Shown here: positions 13,139-24,985 of the stretch, piece after piece
Layout: each line of letters begins with the position of its first letter
Position numbering within the stretch: position 1 is the first letter of the stretch
NCBI GenBank assembly: GCA_050575255.1
Contig: JBNZDD010013730.1
Location: 5,882,015-5,946,014, forward strand
Length of the DNA: 64,000 nt
Direction: 5' to 3'
DNA from: Harriotta raleighana
Lineage: Eukaryota
Program-made: the position numbers and the translations under genes
Notes under the pieces: model-generated
What the model saw: the letters and a program-made list of their open reading frames with translations, nothing else
Database searches by the model: none
Told to the model about the DNA's origin: nothing

Positions 13139-16100
13139 AAACAAAGTTACCACAATTTATCAATATATGTGTTTCGAACACATGAAAGTTGTAAGGTAAA
13201 GCTAATCTGAAATGCCAGCAAAGTTGCCACATTCAACTGGTGGCTTTTGGACAATTATTCCATCAGTTGACTGTAAGCAACCTTTTTATCAATCACTTTT
13301 CATCACATTATCCAATCCTTTGCTGTAACAGTGATGTACAAAATAGCATGTGTGTTCCAAGATGATGGCCTAATTAACCGGCATACTTTTATCTTGATGT
13401 AATTTGATATGCATACTCTGTTCTGCTCTGTAAAACAGATCAATGATGGCATTGGTTCCTAATGGTTTTAAACATCTGGAAAGGTGTAATACATTATGAA
13501 ATAATGGCAGATGAATGAGGTGGTGTTAAACAGAGGTTATTAGAATTGATTATTCACTAAATCTATCACATGCTCTCTTGTGGATCAAGTGGGTAACCTT
13601 TCATGGTAAAAAAAAAAGACACAATCTCTACTACTCTGATCAATGTGTGGTAGTGAATCTTTCCAAATGTTTCCTGTCACTTGTATTGGATGGTATAGTG
13701 GGATAAACACTGGATATGAACCTCCTACTCTTTTAGTCTCAAAGAGTTCTACCTTACATAAAACCTACATCAGATTTGCCTCCCACCAACAATTGACACG
13801 AGACACAAATAAGGTAACTTCCAGATAGTCTATGTAGCGGGCACACAATGCCTTTCAGCCTTGATTAAAGCATTGAGTGCATCTAAAATTGTGAATGTGG
13901 AGAAATACAAATTCCATAAGCATCAAGGGAGAATCTCCGAGAAGGCTACTACCTATGTTGCCCTGGGGATGAGGGAGGAGTGATATTGCTCTTGCAATAT
14001 AAGTGTTGTATTGGAAGCAATGTCACGTCTCAAATAACTGAATTCAAAATAAAAGGGTGAATGGAGTGGTGGGGGGTGGGTGGATGGTGGGAGTGGAGTG
14101 GCAGCCAGTCAAGTGAACGAGGAAGGAAGGCAAAATCCGGACGTAATTTTCCTTTTATAATAGAAAGCTGCTGATATTTTTGGGGAAGGTAAGATGTTGC
14201 TGGAAGCAGAACATATTTCTCTTTTGAAAGGTAAATACCCAGAACAGTGCAGTGCCTTTGATATGACTTGCTAGGTTGATGTGTTTGTCCACATAAAGTG
14301 GCAGTTACACCAGAAGATCCAAAAAAGGTTCCTATTCAACATCAAAATATTCAACTTCATTCAATCACTGCACCTTATCGCAGAGGTATCCTGTGTGCAG
14401 TAACATGAGTACATCTTATTACATATAGCGATTTGTTTCTCTACTGGCGACATTCCAACATGTACGTAAGTACAGCAAACCAGGTTTTTCATATCGAGTT
14501 AAGAGCACTTAAAATGGTTATCCCTTAATGACTAAAACACTAATTAAAATAAATGAAATTCGGTCCTGACTAAACAAAGCCATACTACCACTTTTCACAT
14601 TTCTCTTTGTGAGCTAAATAGCACCGCCAGAAGAAAGAGTTTCAGTTAGTTTACAGCTATTTACTGTACAGTATTATGTTTTTACAAACACTTTTACTCA
14701 AAGATTTACTTTTTTCAGCTTCAAACTAATTTGTTCAGGTTCGATAAATTGTGAACAGTCACCAATCATTAACAATCGCTGGTCATTCACAGTTACTAGT
14801 AATTATTTGACTGGTAATGACTGATCTTTGAATGACAATAGGTGAAGTTGAACATGTATATTTAAAGGCTGACGGATGCTTTGCTTTTTTCCTAATTCTC
14901 TCCATTGCAAAACTTGATGATAATATTTGTTGGAATAAGTTGGATTCAGGCACAATGGGACAAATGGCCACATTACTGTAAGATTCTTTGAAGAGTCTCA
15001 GGAGTGGCAATAGGACAAAAAGTCATGCATATTCCTCATTCTGGTCCCTCTCACTTTGAATTCACAATCACCCCTTCGCATATGCATCGTTTCAATCAAT
15101 GTCACTCTCACAAAGAACCTGACTGCAAAATTGAGAGAAATTAGAACTTCTACATGTCACACACATAACCCTTGCTTCATTTTTTTTTGTTCCATGGATC
15201 CCATGGGTCACTGTATGACATTTCATAGAACATTGTACAACTCTCTACTGTACTCACCTTTCAAGATATCTCATTGCACAGATGAAATGCCTTTCATTGT
15301 CCTAATGGTTTTGACTGCCCTTCTGTTCACATAAGCCTAGTAATTCTCTGTTGGATTTTGAAGCTAAATTCAGTGTTATGACTCTCAGAGGAATTTTACC
15401 AAATATGGTTCACACTACTATTACAGTTAGATGTGCTCGACTCTAAGGCCATTCTTTCATTTAAACCCTTTTGAAGAAGTAACTAAAATGCAAAATTCAT
15501 TCATTTAAACACATCAAGCACACTGATGAGTTTCATTCGGAGCATAATATTTCTTCAATACTCTTCAGAATTCTTGAGGGGAAAATGAAAAACAGTCCAA
15601 AATGGCTCCACTGACCTAGTTAACAATTTGCACTGAAGCTGGTTGCAAAGTACTGTATTTTCATCCGTTTAGAAATACAGATTTACTGAGTGATCTCCAG
15701 AATTTGAAATCTGTAAAACCATAAGGACCTGAAAACACTGTGGAAATGCGAAAATATCCACTGCTGAAGCTTTGCACATTGAATCAGCATCAAGACAGGA
15801 AGTCATTTTGGCAGGGACCTGCTTCACTCTCAGATCACATATGCTTTGCTCAGAATGGTATCTGATGAATAATCCCTCAACTCAACTCTTGTGCATTAAT
15901 TGAATGGATAAACAGAACACACTCAACGTTCAAGCTATGACACTCGGTAACTAGTTCAGGAAATCGCTAATTTTAAATAAATGTTCGCACAGTTAATTTA
16001 CGTTTTTTCAACCGTTCCTCATTTACTTTGTTTTAACAATGACTGTATTTTTAATGTGTAAAGCAACTGGATGGTTCAACTGTGTTTAACAGTATAATTA

Positions 16101-17290
16101 GTCCTGAAAAAATAAATATTCTTATCATATAATTCTATTAAGTTTGATAACAGAATAGAGTTGGACTCTATTGATTTAACAGAGCAAATTTGCACTGCTA
16201 ATTTCTTCCTGGTGTTATTACCGTGTCAGTCTGGGGAATTCTGTGTAGAATCAGATAGAAGTGAAGCAAAGGAGCTACCAAATGCTTCAACGCTGCGCAC
16301 AATCATTAGAATGGGATCATTCTTTTTCCTGCTGATTCCTATAAGATGATGAATATTTTGTATGATGTACTAACAAGTCTCTTTGCAAACTCATAGAGCG
16401 TGCCGATGATTGATTAATCAATCTCTGCAGGATTGTCAGTGAAACGAACAGTAAATCCTGCTGTGACATGATGTCTTTAACAATTACACCGTCACAATAT
16501 AAGGTTACACTTTCCTTCTGACCTTTTGATGTACTTGACTGGCAATCAATTCAAAGCTAAAAAGCTCAGGGCACCAGCAAACTAAATTTGATTTTTGAAT
16601 ATACTGTTTAAACCTGGAGTTTCAGCTTGGCTGATTGAGCTTTCATGATCAGATGTATCTTATGTCACATCTGATGTATTGGAATGATTTTTAAACTCTG
16701 TACTTCAAATAATAAATATTAATAATTCAAAGTTAGTTGAATATCACATCCAAAAGGTAGTTAAATATAACAGATGCAGCCTTATTTATTTATAATGCAT
16801 TATACATAGTGAATTTTCTGGTACCCTACTGTAAAGCACAACTTGATTATTAGCTTTCATGAATCATGGAACTTTGGAGAAAGAATCATCCATTTGTGAA
16901 TACAAAAGATATGCATAAGTGGTGCAAATTTTGACATTTGTCCACAGTCATTTGCCTCTAATGTTCGTTTATTCCTTAGAAATTTGTGATTGCGTTTACC
17001 TCTTTGTATTCAATCTCTCTGGGGACGGCTCTGAGCACTCTGGGGATACATTTTTTTTGATACTCTCACTCCACTTTCTGGTTTGTCGTGATTGATCTAG
17101 TCACATTTGTGAGTGACACTGTCAATCCTCAGTCTTTCTTATCCATTGCCTGTAAAACAGACCTGTAAAGCCAATTGTCGTGAAACAGATTCTCTTCCGA
17201 AATGGACAGTTGAAGCAAAGATCTCGAAAAATTGAAAGCTGGTGACAGGTATCAAAATGACAAAACGTCAGAAAAATTGTAGAAGTAGAA

Positions 17291-17380
17291 ATAATAATAA
17301 TCCTTACGTTTGATATACAGTAGCACCTTTCACTTCAGATGTCTCAAAGTGCTCCATCTGATATACAATAAAGTGAAGTT
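17291..17380 (-). mobile_element. SINE 3' fragment
   Basis: ataataataatccttacgtttgatat...gtctcaaagtgct reverse tail. Confidence 0.7.
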
Positions 17381-19251
17381 TGTTCTGTGGACAATATGAG
17401 AGTGTGAGCACAACATTATTAGTGACGACTGAAATCAACTCTAGATTTTTAATTCCTTATTTAATTTGCAAATTGAGACCAGTTAACATTACTGTTGTTG
17501 CTATGATCTCACCTCTGTTTAGACACATCTAGTCAAATTTGACCTGGATGTAACTCGCTCAACGTTAACATGGTCCAGCCTATGTCCCATAAAAAAGCAA
17601 CATTGTCTAGATTGAGAAGTGGTCTCTTTCAAAGGGTAGGAAATGTTTTGCAGCCTGGCTGTACTTAGCAAAGTAGACCTCAGTGGATTCAAGTCGGCTG
17701 AATCCCAACTTTGTTTTGCAGACACAGACATTTTACTTCTTGACTTCACTTTAACGGGCCTGACTATTCTTGTTACCCTTTGCAAAATTAAACTGTCTTC
17801 TTCATTCCAAATTGAAGTTTCAGCCTCTCCCTTTCTCAGTCAATTTCCACTATAAATTGAACAGTATTACAAACAATTCCTCACTTCAAGATTGAGCAAT
17901 GATATTTCATTTTAATTTCACTTCATACTAATGGAATTTTGACAGCGATATTTAATAGTGTCTGTGAGACAACAGCAAATATATGTATGTAAACTGCATA
18001 ATAATGTCCCTTTAATATTCTCACACAATGCAATGCATTTTGCATGTTTTTTTAATAATCATATGCTATTCCCAGATTATAAAAATATTGCTTCATTTAA
18101 CGAATATTCATAAATCTCAGTGGCTCACAGTACATTTATACTCAACAGAAATAGTAAGTGATTTTCGCAATAAATATTGTTACAATACAATTAAACTTCA
18201 AATGTAATCTTCAGTGCTGATGTTTAGTGCATAAAATAATAGTGGGAAATCATAATTTGTTTTTGGCATTATGAAATCCCCCTCAATTAAATAGTTCAGT
18301 TAGCAGTTAAAATCAACAAATGTTAATGCATTATCTCTCTGTTACATTACATGTCGAAAGGGCAGGCTATTAATAATAACTACTATGGTAACAAAATTAT
18401 CACAACACTATTGATGGTAAACAATAGTGATGTTACCGGCCACAAGGCAATTTGGAGCACTAATATCAAACTAGGCTGACAGCGATCTGCATCAGGATGA
18501 AACATCAGCAATGTACTTAACCAGACTCTCCACTAGATTCCGAGTAATAGTGTAACAATTACCACAGTTTTTAAAAAAAAATACCTGCGTATGTTATGGA
18601 AATGCAGTTGGAAAGGTAATTAAACACTGGAATATAATCTTGGAAGTTTTGCAGATGTGTGATTTAAACATTACAATTTGTACAAATCAAGATGTCATCT
18701 CAACCTTTGTTTGAACTGTATATGCCTTTCATTCTACTGACTATTAGCTGGATTTATTAATGGGTCTATTGAGGGGGAGATATAATGGGTGAGTGACATT
18801 TTCACAGGCTACAGTGAAGACCAGAGGGGAGGATTTCCTGGAGTTCTTTGCCTGGGGTTTTACTCGTAGCTTTGGATGTCCTACACTTGGGAAATTTGCT
18901 AAGTTAACTCTGTAGATCAAATTCCAATCCTGTTGCCATGCAAGTCTCGCGTGATCACCAGAAACTAGGCCACATTCTCTTCTAATTAAACCATTAAGGG
19001 AAATGGAAACATATTCTCCCCCCACTACCCTCCTCCCCTCTTCCCCCCATTACCCTTCACACTGGATTTGGCCAACTTCCTCAGTCCCAAATCAAATCAA
19101 ATCAAAAAGCTGAAGGAAAATAGAAGCATACGTTGAGGCATATGAAAGTTATACAAATTTCTTTACTTCTGTTTACCTAGTAAGAACGCGGTTGTTAATC
19201 AATTGGCAGTTCCCTTTTCCAGAGGTGATAATCATTTTTTAAAAAAGCACT

Positions 19252-19350
19252 AAAAATAATTTAATCACTCAATCCATGACAGTTTGTGAGACATTGTTTT
19301 GCACAATTGGCTGCCGCGGTTCAAATTCAAAGATTATTATATATTATTAT
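19252..19350 (+). mobile_element. SINE fragment with internal deletion
   Basis: aatccatgacagtttgtgagacattg...gcacaattggctgccgcg joined directly to the tail end tcaaattcaaagattattat. Confidence 0.7.
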
Positions 19351-19770
19351 TGCCATTGTCTCACTCCTCAATGAACCACTGAGAAAAGGGAATGCAATTC
19401 ATCACTTGATCTCTAAAAATCATATTCCAAATACTTATTATTTCAAGCACTTGCAGTTTCCCCAAGCATAAACAATAGTCACTCAGCGTCTTAGTGGAGA
19501 CAAATAGCAGAATGCACACAATGAAAATATACATGCACAATAGAACAGTTTTTTCATTTGAGCACATATACAATTTGAATGTTTAAATAAACCAGCCAGT
19601 GTGACTCCCTTCAAATATGACCACAAGGACTTTACAATCAATCTGTGAAGTTGCTTTGAGAATTCCTCGCAATGTGAAAGGCTAACTATCAAATGTAAAT
19701 ATTATATTTATTATCAATTTACAAGAAAGAAACAAAAAAGGCCATCCAGACCTTCTTCAACATATCGTAA

Positions 19771-19896
19771 TGCAATTGGCTGCCGTGTTTCTCCCACAAA
19801 ATACGTGAATCCACTTTACAGTGTATCCTGTGAAGCGTTTTGAAATGTCTCGAAGAGGTGATAAGGCACTATATCAAAATCAAGGATTATTATTAT
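19771..19896 (+). mobile_element. SINE 3' part
   Basis: gcaattggctgccgtgtttctcccacaaa...gtgaagcgttttgaaatgtctcgaagaggtgataaggcactatatc...ggattattatt. Confidence 0.88.
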
Positions 19897-20007
19897 CAAT
19901 GTCTTTCTCAAAGTATGCTGCACAATATTCCACATTAGTATCCAAATGCAGTTTCATCAATGACACTTCCAAATACATAGTATCCAAGTGCCCCACAGGT
20001 AATAAAA

Positions 20008-20218
20008 AATAATAATACATGAATCCTTTCATTTGATACAGCGCTTCTCACGTTTTCTAGACGTCTCAAAGCGCTTCACAGAATATAATACAAAGTGAAT
20101 TGACTGCATATTTGTGGGTGAAACGCGGCAGCCAATTTTGCACGGCAGTGATCCATGAACAGTCGTGGATTGAAATGACCAAATTAATTATTGGGCCTTT
20201 TTTGGAGGGATTATTATT
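20008..20218 (-). mobile_element. SINE 3' two-thirds
   Basis: Reverse complement of the family body and tail. Confidence 0.9.
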
Positions 20219-20785
20219 TGATTAGCTTCAGAATGAATAGACGCTTTATGTGAATGACCCATTATTCACCCTGAAGCCTGATTGATTTTGGGGGGAGCTT
20301 TGAATAACTCTGCAAAAGAGGGGATGAGCAGAATCATGCTCGAGGTGAGGTGCAATATAAACACAGTTCTGCTTTGCTCCACTGCACTCCAAACAGAACA
20401 TAAAATTCCCAAATCAGAAATAGCCCAATGGGGTTGCTTCAGGGTATAAATTCAGAACCATACTGCCCAAGAATCTGTGCAACGTTATGTCAGATTATTG
20501 GATCGCCAATGATTCACCTATTCACCATGACTAACTTTATAATGTGTGGGTACCTGTTGTTGCATTCAATCTGTCAGCCACAAGAGTGACAATAGCAGGG
20601 TTTCACTCCGAGATGATGCATCCTCCTGAGAGAAACGTTTAAGATGAACTACTTTTCAATAAACCTCACTGGGTAATATATCAGTTGAAGAGATTTTAAT
20701 TACGCAGCTCATTCAGAGGGAGCAATGAATGATCTTAAGATAGCTTGAAAAGAAATTGATAATAAATAAAAGGTATATAGGTATA

Positions 20786-21079
20786 CAGTAAAACCTCATT
20801 TATCCTTGACTCGCTCCTGCTCCTTTTAAAAGTCGCGTTTTTTTTACCTCCGTTGGATGAGTGCTGCCGTTGCAAAGTTAAGTAGGAATAATAAAGTACT
20901 AATACAATATTCTGTTATTATTTAGTCTATTATTAATATGGTATGTGTTAAAATAATTTTTAATTTCAAATAATAATAATTTCTTACAAAACTATTTTTT
21001 TAAAAATCCGTTCAACCGGAAAAACGTTTAACCGCCACTGGCCAGATCCCGTGGGTGCCGGATAAACAAGGTCTTACTG
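20786..21079. mobile_element. Tc1/mariner-pogo (Tigger-type) MITE, 294 bp
   Basis: TIRs CAGTAAAACCTCATTTATCC and GGATAAACAAGGTCTTACTG (17/20 inverted match), TA on both sides (20784-85, 21080-81), non-coding AT-rich interior. Confidence 0.85.
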
Positions 21080-21417
21080 TATATGTCTGTGGCACTTCCA
21101 AGATTACATGACTACATGTCTGTAGGAAAGAATTAATCAAAAGGGTGTTATTGTAATAAATTCACCACGACGTTTATTTCTCTTGTACATCTATCTTTCT
21201 TGTTCCTTTATGGATGCCAAATAAATTCTTGAATTCGTGTTATTTTGCTATTACATCTTTCAGTAAATCCTTTCATCGGCTTTTTCTTTCAATAATTCTG
21301 CTCTTTCTTCTTTCTTTTTATTATTATATTTCTGCCTATTTCTTTCTCTTTTCTTCTTTTGTCTTTTGCTTAAAAAATTTTTCTGTGCCTCTCATTTACT
21401 TGATGTTTCTCTCACTG

Positions 21418-21466
21418 CAATGTATTATCCCAGCAAATACAATGTATTTTCCCAGCAAATACAATG
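21418..21466. repeat. 22 bp tandem repeat x2.2
   Basis: caatgtattatcccagcaaata / caatgtattttcccagcaaata / caatg. Confidence 0.9.
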
Positions 21467-24360
21467 CCTGAGCTGTTGTACAACTGCACTCCAAGTGGGG
21501 TTTGGGGTCAGCTCATCAGTAAAGCCACATGTAGATTACTACCACATTGTGATGTGACAATAGGCAATATTCCTGCACCAATTACCAGGACAGCATTATT
21601 ATTTTGCAAGATTTTCAGCTTTATTCTATATTCTAACTATGTTACAAATGAATGAGAAAAACCGCAGTCAGCACAAATTCAGTATTTTGCAATTCTAATA
21701 AGTTTCCACACCAAATTTTTATTTATTCCAGAAATAAATTAAAATTATTTTAGACACAGCATTGCACAGTGAGATGGAAAGGGGAAGCTTAATAATGAGT
21801 TTGTCATGGCTCATTAATCTCCTAAAGACACAATACTAGCATTCCAGCACAAAATTGAAAGTAAAACACAATTATCATACTTCCGAATTTATAGGATATT
21901 AAAAATTAAGCTGAGTTCTATATTATGGTGCACATCTTTAAATGTTTTGTAATTATTATGCGTGGACATCTAAATGAAATATTTTTGATGTTACAGTATT
22001 TGAAATAGTGTGTTTGACACCACATGCAGCCATTCTTCCCCTCCTCAAACCCTCACCCCCTCCAAGGCTTTGTCCCCTGGTTCAGGTGCGAACCCTACAC
22101 TGTTCAACAATAAAGGACATCCTCCCAAACCGAAAGGCGTTAGGTAAACGTAAATTTATTTTGCATTTCACAATGAAAATTTGAAGCAATCATTTGGTAC
22201 TCTGGGATTAAAAATAAAAGGGTGAAGGAGAAATTGTATTAATGTGTAAAATGCTAGTTACTTTTCTGAAACACCTTTGCACAAATCCGTGCAACAAATA
22301 AGCGGGAACTGTACGATGGAACGTGTGTGCTGTTCCAAGCAGTGACAGATTGTGGGATCTTATCCGTGTATGATGAGATCACAATTGTGTGCTGGTTAAC
22401 AGCAGGGCATACTTTCTCTCACCGTCCTACAACTGCTCACTGAACAGAGATAAAGGACTGGCAGTTCACATATCAATGCTTTCCACCAAATCATGGCACA
22501 GGATGCATGGTGTGGAAAGCAGAGAGAGGGAAACCATAAATTACATCAGAAAATAAGTAAATATTAGAGCAACAAAATAGCATCAATGCAAGTTTCTTAT
22601 CAAGTAATCTCAACCCTAACATTAACTAGGCAACCTCCGACTCACTCACACCGTCTGTTAGTTTTATACTGTAAACAAATCCAAATCCTCCATTACAGCT
22701 GATTTCTTGAGGTTCAGCATTTGAAGAGCAATTGTAATCAAAATGAGAAGATGTAAAGGAAGGCACAATCAGGGAGTCATTTTAAAGTTTGGATTCAAAG
22801 GTGTGACATAATTAAAACTGGAACTATTTATTGTATTATAAAATAATTTCAAGATGTGTGTGATGCCTTCTAACGAATTTGGGTTTGAACTCTTTTGCAA
22901 ACCAATGCTGTTGGATGTTTTGAGTTTCTACAACTGGAATGAATGCCTCTTTCCTAAATAACTACTTGACTATTTGAAAAATGCTTCATTGACATTTATG
23001 CTGGTTATTTTTCAACCACTTTTGCTTTAAAATGCTCCAAGTCCCAAAACACCTTTGCTCTCTAAAATAGCTGTAAGTTAATATGGTGCTGGGCATTGCC
23101 AAGGGGAAAGGATTGGAATATTAATGCGGCAAGCATTTATTAAATTATGCTGGTTGGGGGAAGAAAAGGTGCGGACAATCTTTTTACTTTGATGCAAGTT
23201 AATTTGTCACAGGAAACGTTAGACTTAAGAGCCAAAGTTTTTGCATAATTATTGAGACATGACATTCTTATTAGTAAACAATAATTTCCCAGCAGACAGC
23301 AGTATTCAATTAAATTTTCTGTACCATCTATAACTCAAGACAAACAGAAAGTAGCTGCTTACACGAAGCAATAATCTCTAACATGGTGTACAGGATGATG
23401 GATTTGCAGGGCATTTAATTTGATTAAACATGAGCTGGCAGGTGGGTGGTCAGAATTAGGCTACATCTCTGATAGGTATGTTGAATATGCATACATCTTT
23501 GTAAAATTGTAGTTCTAACGATAGCAATACCATCTGGATATTAATCTGTAGCACACAAAACGAGCACTTCAAATAGTTAGGCAGTGGAACATGCAATCAC
23601 ACCATAAATCACAAAGCAACTTGGATTATTGTGCGGAGCCTTTCATTCCAAGTTAAATGATGACAATAAGAAATTTACCATTCCCATCAGCAGAGCAACA
23701 ACAATAATTCAAGATCATTCATTGAAAGATCACTAATCTTTTAATTGCAGACTTTCTTGTGTTGGTATTTCTTTTCCATTCAATCTCCCATTACGTTGAA
23801 ACATTTTGAGCACTCAGAATGAAATATAGTAATTTGTCATCCGAAAAAGCAACATGGCAATTTCAGGGTTGAAATTTGGTGAGAGTTGCATCTAAAGTGA
23901 AACTAAGATGTCCATCAGAACAGCAATGCAAAAGCTGGGCTTCTTGTATCTGCATCTTAAAATGCATTAGTTTTCTGGTGCTAATGGCTGTTGCTCAATA
24001 ATGCAGGGCTTGCAACCAAGTGAATCCAAGTTAATTTTGAGCCCTCCACCTATATCAATATCGTGCAATGTCCAAGACACAATTGATAATTTCTGTGACG
24101 CATGCTAATGATTTCCTGAAGAGTCAAAATATTGGAAGTGCTGCCCATATTTTTTACATATTTGTTTACTCAGTCAGGCCCATGTTTGGCTTGTGTGGTT
24201 GAGTGAATCTGTTCTCTGCTGCAACACAGGGATTGTTCAGAGGTTTCATAAACCATGGGTGACCAAGATTTCCAGGTCATCGTCTTCCTCGTTTTTTTCT
24301 GGGTCAAACGATGCATTATATGTGATATCCTGAGAATTCCTAGCCATTATTGCCTGGCCA

Positions 24361-24448
24361 GTACTGTGAAGTGTTTTGGGATATCCAACACCTTGGGAAA
24401 TCCTGCCGACATGAATGGCGCTATACAAATGTAATTTTGTTGTTGTTG
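24361..24448 (+). mobile_element. L2/SINE 3' tail fragment
   Basis: caacaccttgggaaatcctgccgacatgaatggcgctatacaaatgtaattttgttgttgttg, same tail type as 60860-60931. Confidence 0.8.
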
Positions 24449-24714
24449 TCCGCGGCCACGTGAAAGGAATTTATATTTGTATTGTAATGGAAGAGTCATG
24501 TCATATAATGTCATAGCAATCATATCCACAACCTTTGTAGATATGATTGTTGTCTAGTGTTTGCAAATTGTCTATTCTGTGCATCTGATTTTGCAATGGG
24601 TGTAGGAATGGCTGAATAGCTATACAGTATGTGTAAGTAAGTCTGAGCATCCTGTGTTTCAATCGAATTGTTGCTGCCGCTGCAGTTGTTGCTTTAGGTT
24701 CCTGCTGGGGCATA

Positions 24715-24985
24715 TATGTAACAGGTACTTTTCAGCACACTGCTCAAGTCACTTTCATGATAGAGTGTGACACAGCAAATTGGCTGCTTGCCAAGATGTC
24801 CCCTGCAGGTGTCTGAAAGGCCCCAGCAGAAGCATAAAGGTTGAAGGCAGTGGTGACCTTCACTGCCACTGGTAGAGTCCTAATCATCGAACTGTCCCTG
24901 CAGGTCTTCATGTAGCAACCTCTTAGTCACAACTTCCCTAGTGAGTTGGAGCCACTGCATTGCATTGCTATTTTGTCACAGTCGT
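24715..24985 (-). mobile_element. Degraded PIF/Harbinger transposase (HARBI1-like) relic
   Basis: Manual minus-strand translation gives QC.MQWLQLTREVVTKRLLHEDLQ / TLPVAVKVTTAFNLYASAGAFQTPAGDILASSQFAVSHSIMKVT*AV, matching the Harbinger N-terminal motif LPVAVKVT.ALNFYA.GSFQ...GD..GISQ; contains stops and frameshifts. Confidence 0.8.

Noticed and set aside
17000-17149. Possible minus-strand exon (ctgttttacag ... GAG|GTAAAC)
   Set aside because: Stops in all frames, a mediocre donor and no corroborating evidence.
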